A DNA stretch of 63,548 nucleotides, counting the filler, from Octopus bimaculoides (taxonomy: Eukaryota): the NCBI RefSeq assembly GCF_001194135.2. It is 4 parts of 4 records of this genome, joined end to end, with 100 filler letters (N's around TTAATTAATTAA, not from the genome) between each part and the next. Parts side by side here need not be neighbours in the genome. Positions count along the whole stretch, not along the records: positions 1 to 27,289 come from NC_068981.1; 3 more parts are not named here. One strand, 5' to 3'. Every line of letters begins with the position of its first letter. Positions within the stretch are counted from its first letter, which is position 1. Position numbers and translations under genes: made by a program. The notes under the pieces are model-generated. The model had not been told where the DNA came from. It did no database searches and saw only the letters and a program-made list of their open reading frames with translations. Shown here piece after piece: positions 1-11,514 of the stretch.

Positions 1-31
1 ACGTGAAAGATAAAAGATATAAAACTTAGAT

Positions 32-712
32 ATGTTTCGACCAAAAATTGGTCCAGGCCATATCGAACTTAATAGCACCACCTGATAGGATTATCTAAGT
101 CCTTTTCAAGTCAAGTTTTGTGGTGTCATGGTCCATTCAAGTAGGAAGTTCTTGTTGAGTGAGTTGCATCCACGTGTGGGTAGCTTATCTGGTATTCCTT
201 GAAGAAATTTGTCCAGATTCCATTTAAAGGTGTATCCCTCTTTGATCTGTTTTGGGACAATGTTAAACAGGGCAGGGCCTGATGAGGAAAAGAAACTGTG
301 TTGCAGTGTATTTATGTGTTGTGATCTTGAATTGGGTAGGGGATGTATGGCCCGTGGTCCTAGCCTTGGATGAATTTTGACGCTAATGTTGAGGTCGTTT
401 ATGCAATGCTGGTGGTATAGTCTTCACATCATGCAAATGATGTATCGTTTGCAGCAGCCCTGGAGAGGATAGAGTTTCAGTGCTTGAAGGCGGTCCCAGT
501 AATTGAGATCAGTCATGCCCTTAATTCGTTTAGTGAATGCCCTCAGGGGTGATTCAATTTTCGAGATGTTTTGTTTTGTATGGGCGGATCACAGGGGGCA
601 GCAGTATTCGAGGTTTGGAAATTTATAAGATGGGAGTCTATAAGTTCTCAACGATTTCATGAAGAGGGCCAATGGCTATTAGAAGTTGGCTGACCCCTGG
701 TCCATACAATCA
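32..712 (-). mobile_element. 5'-truncated CR1/L2-type LINE 3' end (decayed RT C-terminus plus 3' tail)
   Basis: Minus-strand translation PNLEYCCPL*SAHTKQNISKIESPLRAFTKRIKGMTDLNYWDRLQALKLYPLQ...SGPALFNIVPKQIK..FKWNLDKFLQGIPDK matches the CR1-clade RT C-terminus. It has stops and ends in a hairpin+GAAACA tail at 32-82. Confidence 0.85.
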
Positions 713-911
713 CCATCCAATACACAGCTCACTCAGCACACACTCTATTCATCTACCACCGATACTACAACGTATATTGTATTTAATCACTTCCTAGTAT
801 AATGAAATATATTATTATATGGGACATGCCGAGGACCGGATTAAGACCCACACAGGCCCTAAGCACAGAAAAGATTTTGGTACCCCTCCCCCCTCATATA
901 TATTTTTTTTT

Positions 912-1222
912 GTGAGTGGATTTGGTAGACGGAAACTGAAAGAAGCCCGTCGTATGTGTGTGTGTGTTTGTGTGTGTGCGTGCGTGCGTGTATGTGTGTG
1001 TGTGTTTGTGTGTGTCTGTGTCTGTGTTTGTCCCCCCAACATCGCTTGACAACCGATGCTGGTGTGTTTACGTCCATGTAACTTAGCGGTTCGGTAAAAG
1101 AGACCGATAGAATAAGTACTAGGCTTACAAAGAATAAGCTCTTGGGTCGATTTGCTCGACTAAAAGCGGTGCTCCAGCATGGCCACAGTCAAATGACTGA
1201 AACAATCAAAAGAATAAAAGAA
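912..1222 (+). mobile_element. CORE-like SINE with internal (GT)n and CR1-type tail (family C), 5'-truncated
   Basis: gtggatttggtagacggaaactgaaagaagcccgtcg-(GT)n-...gctccagcatggccacagtcaaatgactgaaac; many near-identical copies in the window. Confidence 0.85.
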
Positions 1223-1231
1223 TATATATAT

Positions 1232-1378
1232 TCTTTTATTCTTTTACCGCTTTTAGTCGAGCAAATCGACCCCAGAGCTTATTCTTTGTAAGCCTACTAC
1301 TTATTCTATCGGTCTTCTTGCCGAACCGCTAAGTTGTGGGGACACCAGCATCGGTTGTCAAGCGATGGTGGGGGCGGG
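1232..1378 (-). mobile_element. Family C SINE 3' half, inverted relative to the previous copy
   Basis: Reverse complement of 1040-1222 with an internal deletion. Confidence 0.8.
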
Positions 1379-1514
1379 GAAACACATACACACACATTAG
1401 TAAAATATAAAATATTTATTTATACATAGAAATAGGGATGGGGGCTTGAGGATATTATGCGGCCATGAGGGTGGTGGTGGCCCAAAAATTTTGAGAACCT
1501 CTGCATTACATTAA

Positions 1515-2000
1515 TACCTGAAACAGAGCTAAATGCAAAAAATAGGTAATAGACACTAACACTCGAATTATCTCAGTAATAATTTGAAGTTATAATATTC
1601 TCAAATGGATGTTAATGACCTGGCAAAACGAGATAGAAAAAAACGTAAATAGAATGATAACATTTAAGACATATGACCTACAATCTAATAAAGAAAAATT
1701 ACATTTACCACGAATGCACAGAAGTGGGAGCGTTACGAATAAGGCAACTTACATTAAAATATCAACTGTTGTACTATAAAAATCTCTTGGAAAAATAATG
1801 GAAAAATTAATAGGATTAGCCATGAAATACGAAGAAAGAAGCTATCGTCACAAAGCCGAAAATACAAAACAGGGGCTGAAGTAACAGTTTTTAGGAGAAA
1901 GAAGAAACAACAGACATTGTGTAAAACTAAAACTAAAAATGGGAGGGATGTCATGATAAAACGATACCAAGGAAAGGCCCTTCACGGCCATTTTGTTACA
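1515..2000 (+). mobile_element. Decayed R4/Dong-type LINE RT C-terminal fragment
   Basis: Frame-shifted peptides ETELNAKN..NTR.ISVI.SYNILKW..NDLAKRDRKKRK..SNKEKLHLPR...YQGKALHGHF resemble the R4/Dong thumb region (ELNAxN..AINT..YS..W...LDRKTRK...RLYLPR...KxLHGQF). Confidence 0.65.
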
Positions 2001-2347
2001 CAGCTTTGGAAGTTTATACGTCACAACAGATAAAAAGGAACAATGTGACAGTCATGTTTATGTTTGCTGTTTTAGAATGGATTTAAGAGTTATGAAATAG
2101 TTAATAACCGCATTGGTGGGCTGCGTGTTGCATTCATAATGGCCACACCAATATTTTATATAAGTTTCCATAGTTGTTTCTTAACCCGGAATAGGTGAAT
2201 AAATGGGCGTGCATTGAATAGAGATCGAGTGGAACAAGTACAAGTTTTCACTTTATAATATATTAAATAATAATACAAAGACAGTTTAGAATTCTTGAGA
2301 ACAAATTTTAAGTAAAAAATAATTAGAACGCCTTATTTAATCACATG

Positions 2348-2600
2348 GCTGACCGACATCGGATCAACGGAACAACCTGCTCGTAAAATTAAAGTTCGTG
2401 TGACTGAACATTCCACAGGCATTCCACTTAACGTAGTTCTCGGAGCTGGCCCTTTGAAATACACGTGCAACTCATTTTTGCCCGCTGAGTAAACTGGAAC
2501 AACCTAAAATAAAGTGTCTTGTTCGGGAACACAACGCACCGCCGGGAATCGAACTCACAATCGCGAGCCGAACACCTTAACCACTAATCCACGTGTCTAC
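2348..2600 (-). mobile_element. tRNA-derived CORE-like SINE (second CORE family, OR-like)
   Basis: Minus strand has A box (tagtggttaagg), B box (gagttcgattcc) and CORE-like tgttcccgaacaagacac. Confidence 0.75.
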
Positions 2601-2625
2601 ACTGGAAAGAATTAGTAACGTAAAC

Positions 2626-2811
2626 CAGAGCTCCGCAACCTTTTTTCAATTGTGGTACACTTATAGTCTTTTCAAAATTCGGTGGCATATCTGAACTAAA
2701 ATTATAACTAAAAGTATTGGGAAAAAAATTATATTCAGGTTACACTGCGGCACACCTAGCATCGTCTCGTGGCACACCAGTGCGCCGCGGAATATCGGTT
2801 GCGGAGTACTG
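2626..2811. mobile_element. hAT-family MITE, 186 bp
   Basis: TIRs CAGAGCTCCGCAACC / GGTTGCGGAGTACTG; perfect 8-bp TSD ACGTAAAC at 2618-2625 and 2812-2819. Confidence 0.9.
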
Positions 2812-2884
2812 ACGTAAACAGAGCAAAGAAGATTTAACTATGAATGAATGGATGGGAGTGCAGGTCTGGCTTACGATTGAGAAA

Positions 2885-3317
2885 TTCTTTTCTACTTTAG
2901 GCACAAGGCCCGAAATTTTGGGGGAGGGGACCAGTCGATTAGATCGACCCCAATACGCAACTGGTACTTAATTCATCGACCCCGAATGGATGAAAGGCAA
3001 AGTTGACTTCGGTGGAATTTGAACTCAGAACGTAACACCAGACGAAATACCGCTAAGCATTTCGCCCGGCCTGCTAACGTTTCTTATTTCTTTATTGCTT
3101 ACAAGGGGCTAAACATAGAGGGGACAAACAAGGACAGACAAACGCATTAAGTCGATTACATAGACCCTAGTGCGTAACTGGTACTTAATTTATCGACCCC
3201 GAAAGGATGAAAGGCAAAGTCGACCTCGGTGGAATTTGAACTCAGAACGTAACACCAGACGAAATACCGCTAAGCATTTCGTCCGGCGTGCTAACGTTTC
3301 TGTCAACTTGCCTCTTC
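2885..3317 (-). mobile_element. Two tandem Meta-domain-like tRNA SINEs (family M)
   Basis: Minus strand carries gcctttcatcctttcggggtcgataaattaagtaccag (Meta/Sauria-like core), A box tggcagaa and B box gagttcaaattcc. Confidence 0.85.
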
Positions 3318-3759
3318 TACTTTAACCTCGGGTCGACCAAGATCCTGTGTGTGAAATTTAGAGCTTTGGTGTCTTATGCATTGTCTGTATGACTCCAGAC
3401 GTATTTCGCTCTGTTGAAGTTTATTCAGTACAACCTCACAGCAATTATTAACTAACGAATTACAAAATAAATGTGTTGAAAAATATATTTGATGGCGTAC
3501 TGTGAATGAATTAATAGCTAATTAAATTCTATACTGAATCAATTTTTAGATTAAATCAAACATTTTACCAGACCATTTTCTTTATTCTATTTTTATTTTC
3601 ATTCTATTTTGTTTCGTTTTTATTTCCAGCCGAATCAACCGAACATAATACCGTGCTGTCTCTTTTCTTCGTTCAACGTTTATTCTGAAATATATCACAG
3701 AAAATGGCTGAAGGAGATAAGAATATTTTAAAGAAAATTAATACAAATGATCCTTGAAT

Positions 3760-3905
3760 TCTTTTCTACTCTAGGCACAAGGCCCGAAATTTTGGGGAAG
3801 GGGGCCAGTCGATTAGGTCGACCTCAGTATGCAACTGGTTCTAAATTTATCGACCCCGAAAGGATGAAAGGTAAAGTTGACCTCGGCGGAATTTGAACTC
3901 AGAAA
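3760..3905 (-). mobile_element. Family M SINE 3' part
   Basis: Same core and tail (gggccttgtgcctagagtagaaaagaat on the minus strand). Confidence 0.8.
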
Positions 3906-4008
3906 GTTAAGAGAAAGAAGGGTAACTCTTCTGACCCCTTTTAGGGTTTCTGAGACATGTGCAGGAAGTGAGGGAGTTATTCCTAGAGCAAAGACTTAAC
4001 CAGAATGC

Positions 4009-4146
4009 CCAGGCGTGGCATTCTGGTTGCTTCCCAACCACATGGTTCTGGGTTCAGTCCTACTGCATTGCACCTTGGGCAAGTGTCTTCTACTATAGCC
4101 TCGGGTTGACCAAAGCTTTGTGAATGGATTTGGTAGAGGGAAACTC

Positions 4147-4195
<49 letters not shown>

Positions 4196-4390
4196 CACCA
4201 CAGCTTGACAACCGGTGTTGATGTGTTTACGTCTCCGTAACTTAGCGGTTCGGAAAAAGTGTCCAATAAAATAAGTACCAGGCTTGAAATAAAACTGAGT
4301 GGTGGGGTCGATTCGTTCAACTAAAAATTCTTCTAGGCGTTGCTCCAGCATGGTCGCAGTCCAATGACTAAAGCAAGTAAAAGATAAAAA
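4009..4390 (+). mobile_element. Family C SINE, near full length
   Basis: caggcgtggc..ggttcagtcc..ccttgggcaagtgtctt (CORE-like)..(GT)n..ccagcatggtcgcagtccaatgact. Confidence 0.85.
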
Positions 4391-4865
4391 GATAATGATA
4401 ATGATGGAAAAGGTCCAAGGAAGTGACAATATATCAGTGATCTTAATTTTGGAAGGTATTGGTGGTTGGTGGGTGGGGATGTGGTGTAGGATATGGTAAG
4501 ATATAATAACAATTCTATACCGGAAGTGGTGGCACTACTCCATTGTGAACCTCACATTTTAGAGTTTTGTAGAGATTTGGTGGTTCTGGAAGGTTGAGGT
4601 ACTTCCTGGCACTGAAGAAGAAATCCAGGCCTTTGAGAGGCAGTCTTGGTTCTGTTAACAAGGCAGCGAGCTGGCAGGATGGTTAGCATGATGGGCAAAA
4701 TGCTTAGTTCAAATTCTGCCAACGTCGACTTTGCCTTTCTTTCTTCCGAGGTCGATGAAACAAGTACTACTTATTTCCCCCGAACCTGCTGGCCTTCTGT
4801 CGATATTTGAAGCCAGTGATGTGTGTTTACCAGGAGAGACCCTCCATCATGATGAGTTCTAACAA

Positions 4866-5132
4866 GCTGGGCTGGACATTAAGGGACTTTCTTGTGGAAA
4901 TAACAACTCTGAGCCCCCAAAATGCAACTGCAGATGAACTGGAGACCTTTTAGAGGGTTTTCTCAAACCATTTCAGTGGGGGAGTAGCTTGGAAATGGGG
5001 ACGGAGTGGCTCACCCACAAGTGGCACTCTTTATGTCTGCTGTTTAAGCCTGTGTTGGAGCGAACGGATGGGTACTGCAAATCAATGGCCGCCACAGGCG
5101 CGGTACACTCTAGCTACTCCATTGCTAATGTA
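4866..5132. repeat. ~265-bp direct repeat, copy 1 (copy 2 at 6213-6478)
   Basis: Visibly alignable along its length with 6213-6478. Confidence 0.9.
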
Positions 5133-6212
5133 TGATTTTCTGCTCTAAAACCTCGAAGGTTCTAGTTGCGTGTTATTCATGTTTTGCGAAGAGTCGGGTA
5201 GTGAAGGCGCGTGGCTTCGTACTTAAAAGTATTTGTCTCGCGGTCGCAAGGAGGCGGCGGCGTGTTGTGTCCTTGAGCAAAACACTTCGTTTCACGTTGC
5301 TCCAGTTTACGGCTTCAAGGAGAGGAGGAAGTCGATTACATCGACCGTACTCCACTGGTACTTTATTTTATCGACTGCGCAAGGACGAAAGGTAAAGTCC
5401 ACCTCGGCGGGATTTGAACTTAGCGCATAAAGAACCGGAAGAAATACTACAATATTTTTTTATCTTCTGTGTAGTTTATGATCCATTAAATAATTATGTT
5501 GTGTACACCTTGGTGGTAAAAGTGTGTGTGTGTGTGTGTGAGGGGTGTGCGTGCGAGCAAGAGGGAGAGAGGAAAAGAGAGAGAGAGAGAATTGTATGAT
5601 GGACAACGAAATTGTGGTTAATAAGGAAAGAATGAGAATGGTTAATCAAAAAAGAAGACAAAATATGAATGATGATGATAGGCAAAACTATTTTGTACAA
5701 ATCAGAATGAGGAAACCGGGCAGACGAGAAAACCTGACTGAAGAAAATAGACAAGAATTCTGAGAAATTATTCAAAGGATTATGGAAGAAATGACTGCAT
5801 ATTATTACTGAATCAGGAAATGTTAATGGCTGACACTGTACCACAAAATGGGCCGGGAGGTTCTACGAGTAGCGCTAGTTAAATATTGATGAGATTAGAC
5901 AGAAATTGAATAGAAATTCATACGGGCAGTCTTTTACCACTGATTCTAGTAGACAATATTTCTTAAAGGGCACTCTCAGATCAACTGAAACCATTAATAT
6001 CATATCATCTTTGGGTTAGGCACGATTGATTCAATGACGAAGTTGCAGGAACTCGCCTGTGTCGGCGAGCAATGTTAAAGAAATTTTAATGATGAAATCT
6101 TCAAAGTTAGAAGAAACACGAGTAAATATCGTACAGTGAATAAAAGTGATCGCTGGTCTTTTCAAGAATATATGGACCCGTGAGAGGTTCCACTTTTCTA
6201 ACACATAGAATG

Positions 6213-6478
6213 GCTGGACTGGACATTAAGGGAATTTCTTGAGAAATAACAACTCTGACCACAAAAAATGCAACTGCAGATGAGCTGGAGACCTTTTAGA
6301 GGTTTTTCTCAAACCATTTCAGTAGGGGAGTAGCTTGGAAATGGGGAGGGGGTGGTTCACCACGAGTGGCACTTTTTATGTCTGCTGTTTAAGCCTGAGT
6401 AGGAGCGAAGGGATGGGTGCTGCAAAGTCAATGGCCGCCACAGGCGCGGTACACTCTAGCTACTCCATTGCTAACGTA
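6213..6478. repeat. ~265-bp direct repeat, copy 2
   Basis: Matches 4866-5132, offset about 1347 bp. Confidence 0.9.
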
Positions 6479-7088
6479 CAATTTTCTACACCAGAAGATG
6501 AGAATCTTCCATGGCTATTTTCAAACTATAAACCCGATCTACAACTGAATACAGCCAATTTTTTGTTTGTTTTCTAGCAGACTAATTCCTGTTCGTCCAC
6601 GAGAGATTCCAGTTCTGAATGAATCACTGATATTTCCGCCTTTATATGAGTCAGTCATGACACTACTGGAGTTACAGCCGACTCTGAGTTTCTAAAGATG
6701 TCTTACATATTCATCAGCAGACTCTTCGGTCGTTTATTTGTCAGTGAAGTTTTATGAAGTGTCATGATTTTATTGGTTGGCTGAATTAAAGTGGTTGTTG
6801 TTTTTTTAAGAAGTCAAAGCTTCATTATAGGTCGTACGCTGAGAAATAATTTAGAAATTTTCTGGGTAAATGGTAAATTCAACAGCTTCATATAAAAGCT
6901 GCTAGTTCTTCTAAAAGACAAACGCACTAGAGGCAAAGACAAGTAACCGGTGCTTAGAGGTCTTTGGAACTGTGGGCATTATATCCAGTTTTCCACATCG
7001 TAGTATGTATAGTTCTCTATTTAAGAGATGAGGAATTATGTTCATTATTTACATTTGACAGATATTTGTCCTCATCTTGTTTGTTGTT

Positions 7089-7134
7089 AACACAACGTTT
7101 CATCTGATATACCCTCCAGCCTTCATCAGGTGTC
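7089..7134 (-). ncRNA. Minimal type-I hammerhead ribozyme motif
   Basis: GACAC-CUGAUGA-A-GGCUG(GAGGGUAUAU)CAGAU-GAAAC-GUU/GUGUU: intact core, 5-bp stem I, palindromic ACGU stem III, imperfect stem II. Confidence 0.7.
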
Positions 7135-7188
7135 TTGGGGAAATTTCGAACCTGGGTTCTCATTCCTAAGGTTTTGTTTTCGATGTTG

Positions 7189-7230
<42 letters not shown>

Positions 7231-7308
7231 TCACTGCCTGGAATCGAACTCGAAATCTTGGGGTTAGTAGCCCGCGCTCTTAACCCCTACGCAATAATAA
7301 TAATAATG

Positions 7309-7357
<49 letters not shown>

Positions 7358-7428
7358 TGATGATGATGATGATAATAACATCCAAAAAATTCCTTAGGAA
7401 TGAGAACCCAGGTTCGAAATTTCCCCAA

Positions 7429-7474
7429 GACACCTAATGAAGGCCGGAGGGTATATCAGACGAAACGTTGTGTT
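7429..7474 (+). ncRNA. Hammerhead motif in right arm, core mutated (CUAAUGA)
   Basis: GACAC-CUAAUGA-A-GGCCG(GAGGGUAUAU)CAGAC-GAAAC-GUU/GUGUU. Confidence 0.6.
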
Positions 7475-9661
7475 AACAACAAACAAGATGAGGACAAATA
7501 TCCGTCAAATGTAAATAATGTAAATAATGTATCGTAGTATATATGTTCCCTGACAAGGATGACAATTTTCATACATTAAATGGAAGAGTGAGTAACGCAA
7601 GGTAAAAGTTAACTTAAATCAAACTTTAATGTACTAAAATTAAAGCCAGTGACATCTGCTGGCAAACTCTAGAGGCATTAGTTTACAAGGGTGTTTATAT
7701 CAGTTGTACTTGGTGGTAAGAATGACAACGCAGAGAGATTCGAGTTTTCTATTGTTATTATAAACAGCATCATTTACATTAAATTATTACAACCGTATAC
7801 TTTCATGATATTTTAACACAAGCGCTTATAGGTTTGCTCGCGCCTTGACCAAACTGAATTTTGGTGTCTTCAACAAACAAAATTTTAAACAAATTTCACA
7901 TGGATGGAAAACAGTAATTGTAATAATTTCTGCAGATACCGTATTTAGTGGCGTATAAAACGCGCCTTTTTTTATTTTATTTATAAATGCATCCAAAAAT
8001 TGCTCGGCATCTAATGCGACCACATTACGGACGCGAAATTAAGCATCAGAGACGAATCCGCTTAGAACAATAATTGTTATTAATGATTAAATATTGAAAA
8101 GAAGCCAAACTATCAAAGACACACGAAAAAATTGCATGTTGGGAGGTCAGATCATCTATTTATGCCGTCTTCTTTAGTATATGTAACCAACGCCTGATAC
8201 ATGTCCATCATTTCTGCAGATATACACTGTCCTAAGAAATTCTTGTTCCTTGAAGCCATAACAAATGATCACACCGTCTGCACCCTTAAGAAACAATAAA
8301 ATGCAGGAAATAAGAAAAGCCCTCGCGGATAAAGTTGTATCTTGTTAGCGAGTGGAACGGGCCAATTAGGCGCAGCTTTTTGGGCGCAGACGATTTGGCA
8401 CTGGAGGCAAACAATCATTCACACATGCACGCACACGCAGAAATACACAACACACACACACACATAAGGAGAGAGAGGAAATGAGGGAGGGAGAGAAATT
8501 ACAATCTGTTAATTGAAGATGATTACCATAAACACTTTCCGTTTTCTCGTCCACACATATAAACAGAGAGAGGGGGAAGGGAGAGAACTAGAGAAATATT
8601 AAAAGCTCCTATGTCAAGTAAGTCAGCGTCGTATCAGTGACGTCAAATAAGCGGTGCCAAAACGGCGATGCCAAAACAGCGATGCCAAAACGGCTGTACC
8701 AAAATGGTCCCAAACCCGTCAGCGTAGGAGCGTCACAACTAATAACCCTTTGAATTTAATCAATCATGATTGATAAACCCTTTGACCTCGTGTTTCACGA
8801 TCAAAAGAACAGCTTCTTGCAATTCTTTAACCTAATCACTAAAAGGTACTGATTGATTGCCTTTGATGTTGTCGCCGCGAACTTCGACCGATCGATTCGT
8901 TGAACAACTCTCGAAGATGCTGAAAACAATAAATTCATGCTATCTTGTTGAAATCTGGACGAATTTTCTCAGGTTCGACCAGGATGGCCACTGTCTGTCG
9001 TCGTCACCGCCACCGGTTTCTCCGTTATTGCCGCCACCACCACCACCACCACCACCACTACCATCCACCTTGTACTCCTACGCTGATCTACAAAGCATTT
9101 CAAAATCCTGTTTGACTCCATTGAAAGAATTTTCGGAATTTTTTTCTTCCTGTTTTCTTCTTTGTATTTTGTGAAATCCCATATACATCACGCGACACAC
9201 CCAAGCATGTGACTTGCTGAGTTGCCGTAACATTCAGCTCTTCTAGATACAGTTGAATAAGTTATGTTATTCAANNNNNNNNNNNNNNNNNNNNNNNNNN
9301 NNNNNNNNNNNNNNNNNNNNNNNNNNNNNNNNNNNNNNNNNNNNNNNNNNNNNNNNNNNNNNNNNNNNNNNNNNNNNNNNNNNNNNNNNNNNNNNNNNNN
9401 NNNNNNNNNNNNNNNNNNNNNNNNNNNNNNNNNNNNNNNNNNNNNNNNNNNNNNNNNNNNNNNNNNNNNNNNNNNNNNNNNNNNNNNNNNNNNNNNNNNN
9501 NNNNNNNNNNNNNNNNNNNNNNNNNNNNNNNNNNNNNNNNNNNNNNNNNNNNNNNNNNNNNNNNNNNNNNNNNNNNNNNNNNNNNNNATCTATCGATCAC
9601 TTTCACGGAGGCATAAACAAACCAACACCATTTGCCAAGCGATGACGGGGCACACTCACAA

Positions 9662-9940
9662 ATACAGACATACATACGTACGTACATACATACATGCATA
9701 CATTCATGCATACATACATACATACGTACGTACGTAGGTCTTACTTACATGCATGCATACGTACATACATACATACGAACGTACGTACGTACGTACATAC
9801 ATACATACATACATATCTTCATACGTACGAACGTACATACATAGATACATACATACATATGTACGTACGTACGTACATACATGCATGCATACGTACACAC
9901 ATACATACATACGTACGAACGTACGTACATACATACACAC
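9662..9940. repeat. Mosaic (TACA/TACG/TGCA)n tetranucleotide repeat
   Basis: Direct inspection. Confidence 0.95.
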
Positions 9941-10245
9941 ATGACAGGCTTCCACACAGCTTCCGTCTACCAACTCCGCTCACAAGGAGGCATTGGTCAG
10001 TGTGAAACTATAGCAGGAGACATTTGTCCAAGGTGCAACACAGCGGAATTGAACCCGCATCCACGTGATAGCAAGGCAAGATTCTCAACTACACTGCTAA
10101 ATTTAAATGACTGAAACAAGTAAAAACCAGCAGATAAATCATAACTATTGGATGTCAGCCATATTTGCTGATAATAACGTATCTGGTGGCATAAAAGATT
10201 CATGGATGTATTATCTGATGCCATCCAATTTCAGTAGCGCATTCT

Positions 10246-10410
10246 TTTACTCTTTTATTTGTTTCGTTCATTTGACTGCGGCCATGCTGGAGCACCGCCT
10301 TTAGTCGAGCAAATCGACCCCAGGACTCATTCTTTGTAAGCCTAGTACTTATTCTATCGGGTTCTTTTGCCGAAATGCTAGGCTACGCGGACATAAACAC
10401 ACCGACACCG
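10246..10410 (-). mobile_element. Family C SINE 3' half
   Basis: ttcatttgactgcggccatgctggagcaccgcc... Confidence 0.8.
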
Positions 10411-10415
10411 GCACC

Positions 10416-10985
10416 CTCGGCTAAAGAAGGTCTTCACCCATGTAATAAGGTGTTGTTATCCGTTTGGTGGGATTTGAAAGGTTTAGTCCACTCTGAATGT
10501 TTAAACCCGAACCAAATGATAACAAAGAAGATCTTCAGCGAGCCAAAGGAACGGCTTAAGTCAGCACTAAAAGAAAAACGACCNNNNNNNNNNNNNNNNN
10601 NNNNNNNNNNNNNNNNNNNNNNNNNNNNNNNNNNNNNNNNNNNNNNNNNNNNNNNNNNNNNNNNNNNNNNNNNNNNNNNNNNNNNNNNNNNNNNNNNNNN
10701 NNNNNNNNNNNNNNNNNNNNNNNNNNNNNNNNNNNNNNNNNNNNNNNNNNNNNNNNNNNNNNNNNNNNNNNNNNNNNNNNNNNNNNNNNNNNNNNNNNNN
10801 NNNNNNNNNNNNNNNNNNNNNNNNNNNNNNNNNNNNNNNNNNNNNNNNNNNNNNNNNNNNNNNNNNNNNNNNNNNNNNNNNNNNNNNNNNNNNNNNNNNN
10901 NNNNNNNNNNNNNNNNNNNNNNNNNNNNNNNNNNNNNNNNNNNNNNNNNNNNNATCGATGGAAAAGCATTGTAGAAAATGAAGGC
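10416..10985 (+). mobile_element. Mariner transposase relic spanning an assembly gap
   Basis: KEGLHPCNKVLLSVWWDLKGLVHSECLNPNQMIT..LKSALKEKR before the gap and RWKSIVENEG after it match the mariner catalytic domain and C-terminus. Confidence 0.8.
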
Positions 10986-11215
10986 GAGCTGGCAGAAACT
11001 TCAGCACGCCGGGCGAAATGCTTAGCGGTATTTCGTCTGCCGTTACGTTCTGATTTCAAATTCCGCCGCGGTCGACTTTGCCTTTCATCCTTTCGGGGTC
11101 AATAAATAAAGTACCAGTTACGTACTGGGGTCCATGTATTCGACTTAATCCATCCCTTTGTCTGTCCTTGTTTGTCCCCTCTATGTCTAGCCCCTTGTGG
11201 GCAATAAAGAAAAAA
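10981..11215 (+). mobile_element. Family M SINE, full length
   Basis: aaggcgagctggcagaaac...gcctttcatcctttcggggtc...gtgggcaataaaga. Confidence 0.85.
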
Positions 11216-11514
11216 GAAACTGAAGGAGAGTATATTTTAGATTTAAAAAGAACTTTGTTTACCTTAATTTTGGAAAATAAAAGAAGTATTTAAAAACTGC
11301 ATTATTTTTGGGATCACCCAATAAATATAACATCGTCACTATATCTAGAGTATCAAGCGAAGAATTAAAACTAAAAAAAATCATTTCTATATGACATACG
11401 CTGCACATAATACTACGATAATCGAAGCAGATTCTTATTAAATTCTGTTGAACAGCTGCAGGTAAAGATTTATGTGGAGAAATATGTTGCAGATGTTTTA
11501 ATTTATATTCAGAA

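Larger units (their letters stand above)
7016..7530 (-). mobile_element. Foldback element: tRNA-like core flanked by inverted arms that each carry a hammerhead motif
   Basis: Arms 7043-7226 and 7293-7520 are reverse complements; tRNA-like core at 7227-7292; TSD-like atcgtagtatgtatagttc (6997-7015) and atcgtagtatatatgttc (7531-7548). Confidence 0.85.

Noticed and set aside
3385-3432. CTGAATA...GAAATACGTC on the minus strand
   Set aside because: Core and stems I/II are too degenerate to support.
4925-4985. CAGATGA...AAACCATTT/CAGT hammerhead-like pattern in both 265-bp repeats
   Set aside because: Both copies lack U4 and G12 and stem III does not form; probably chance.
7939-8030. Possible Tigger-like mini-MITE (TACCGTATT...TTACGG)
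   Set aside because: TIR match is weak and the right TA duplication is missing.
8857-9174. 105-aa proline-rich ORF and a Gly-rich antisense frame
   Set aside because: Driven by a (CCA)n tract; no recognisable domain or convincing splice sites.
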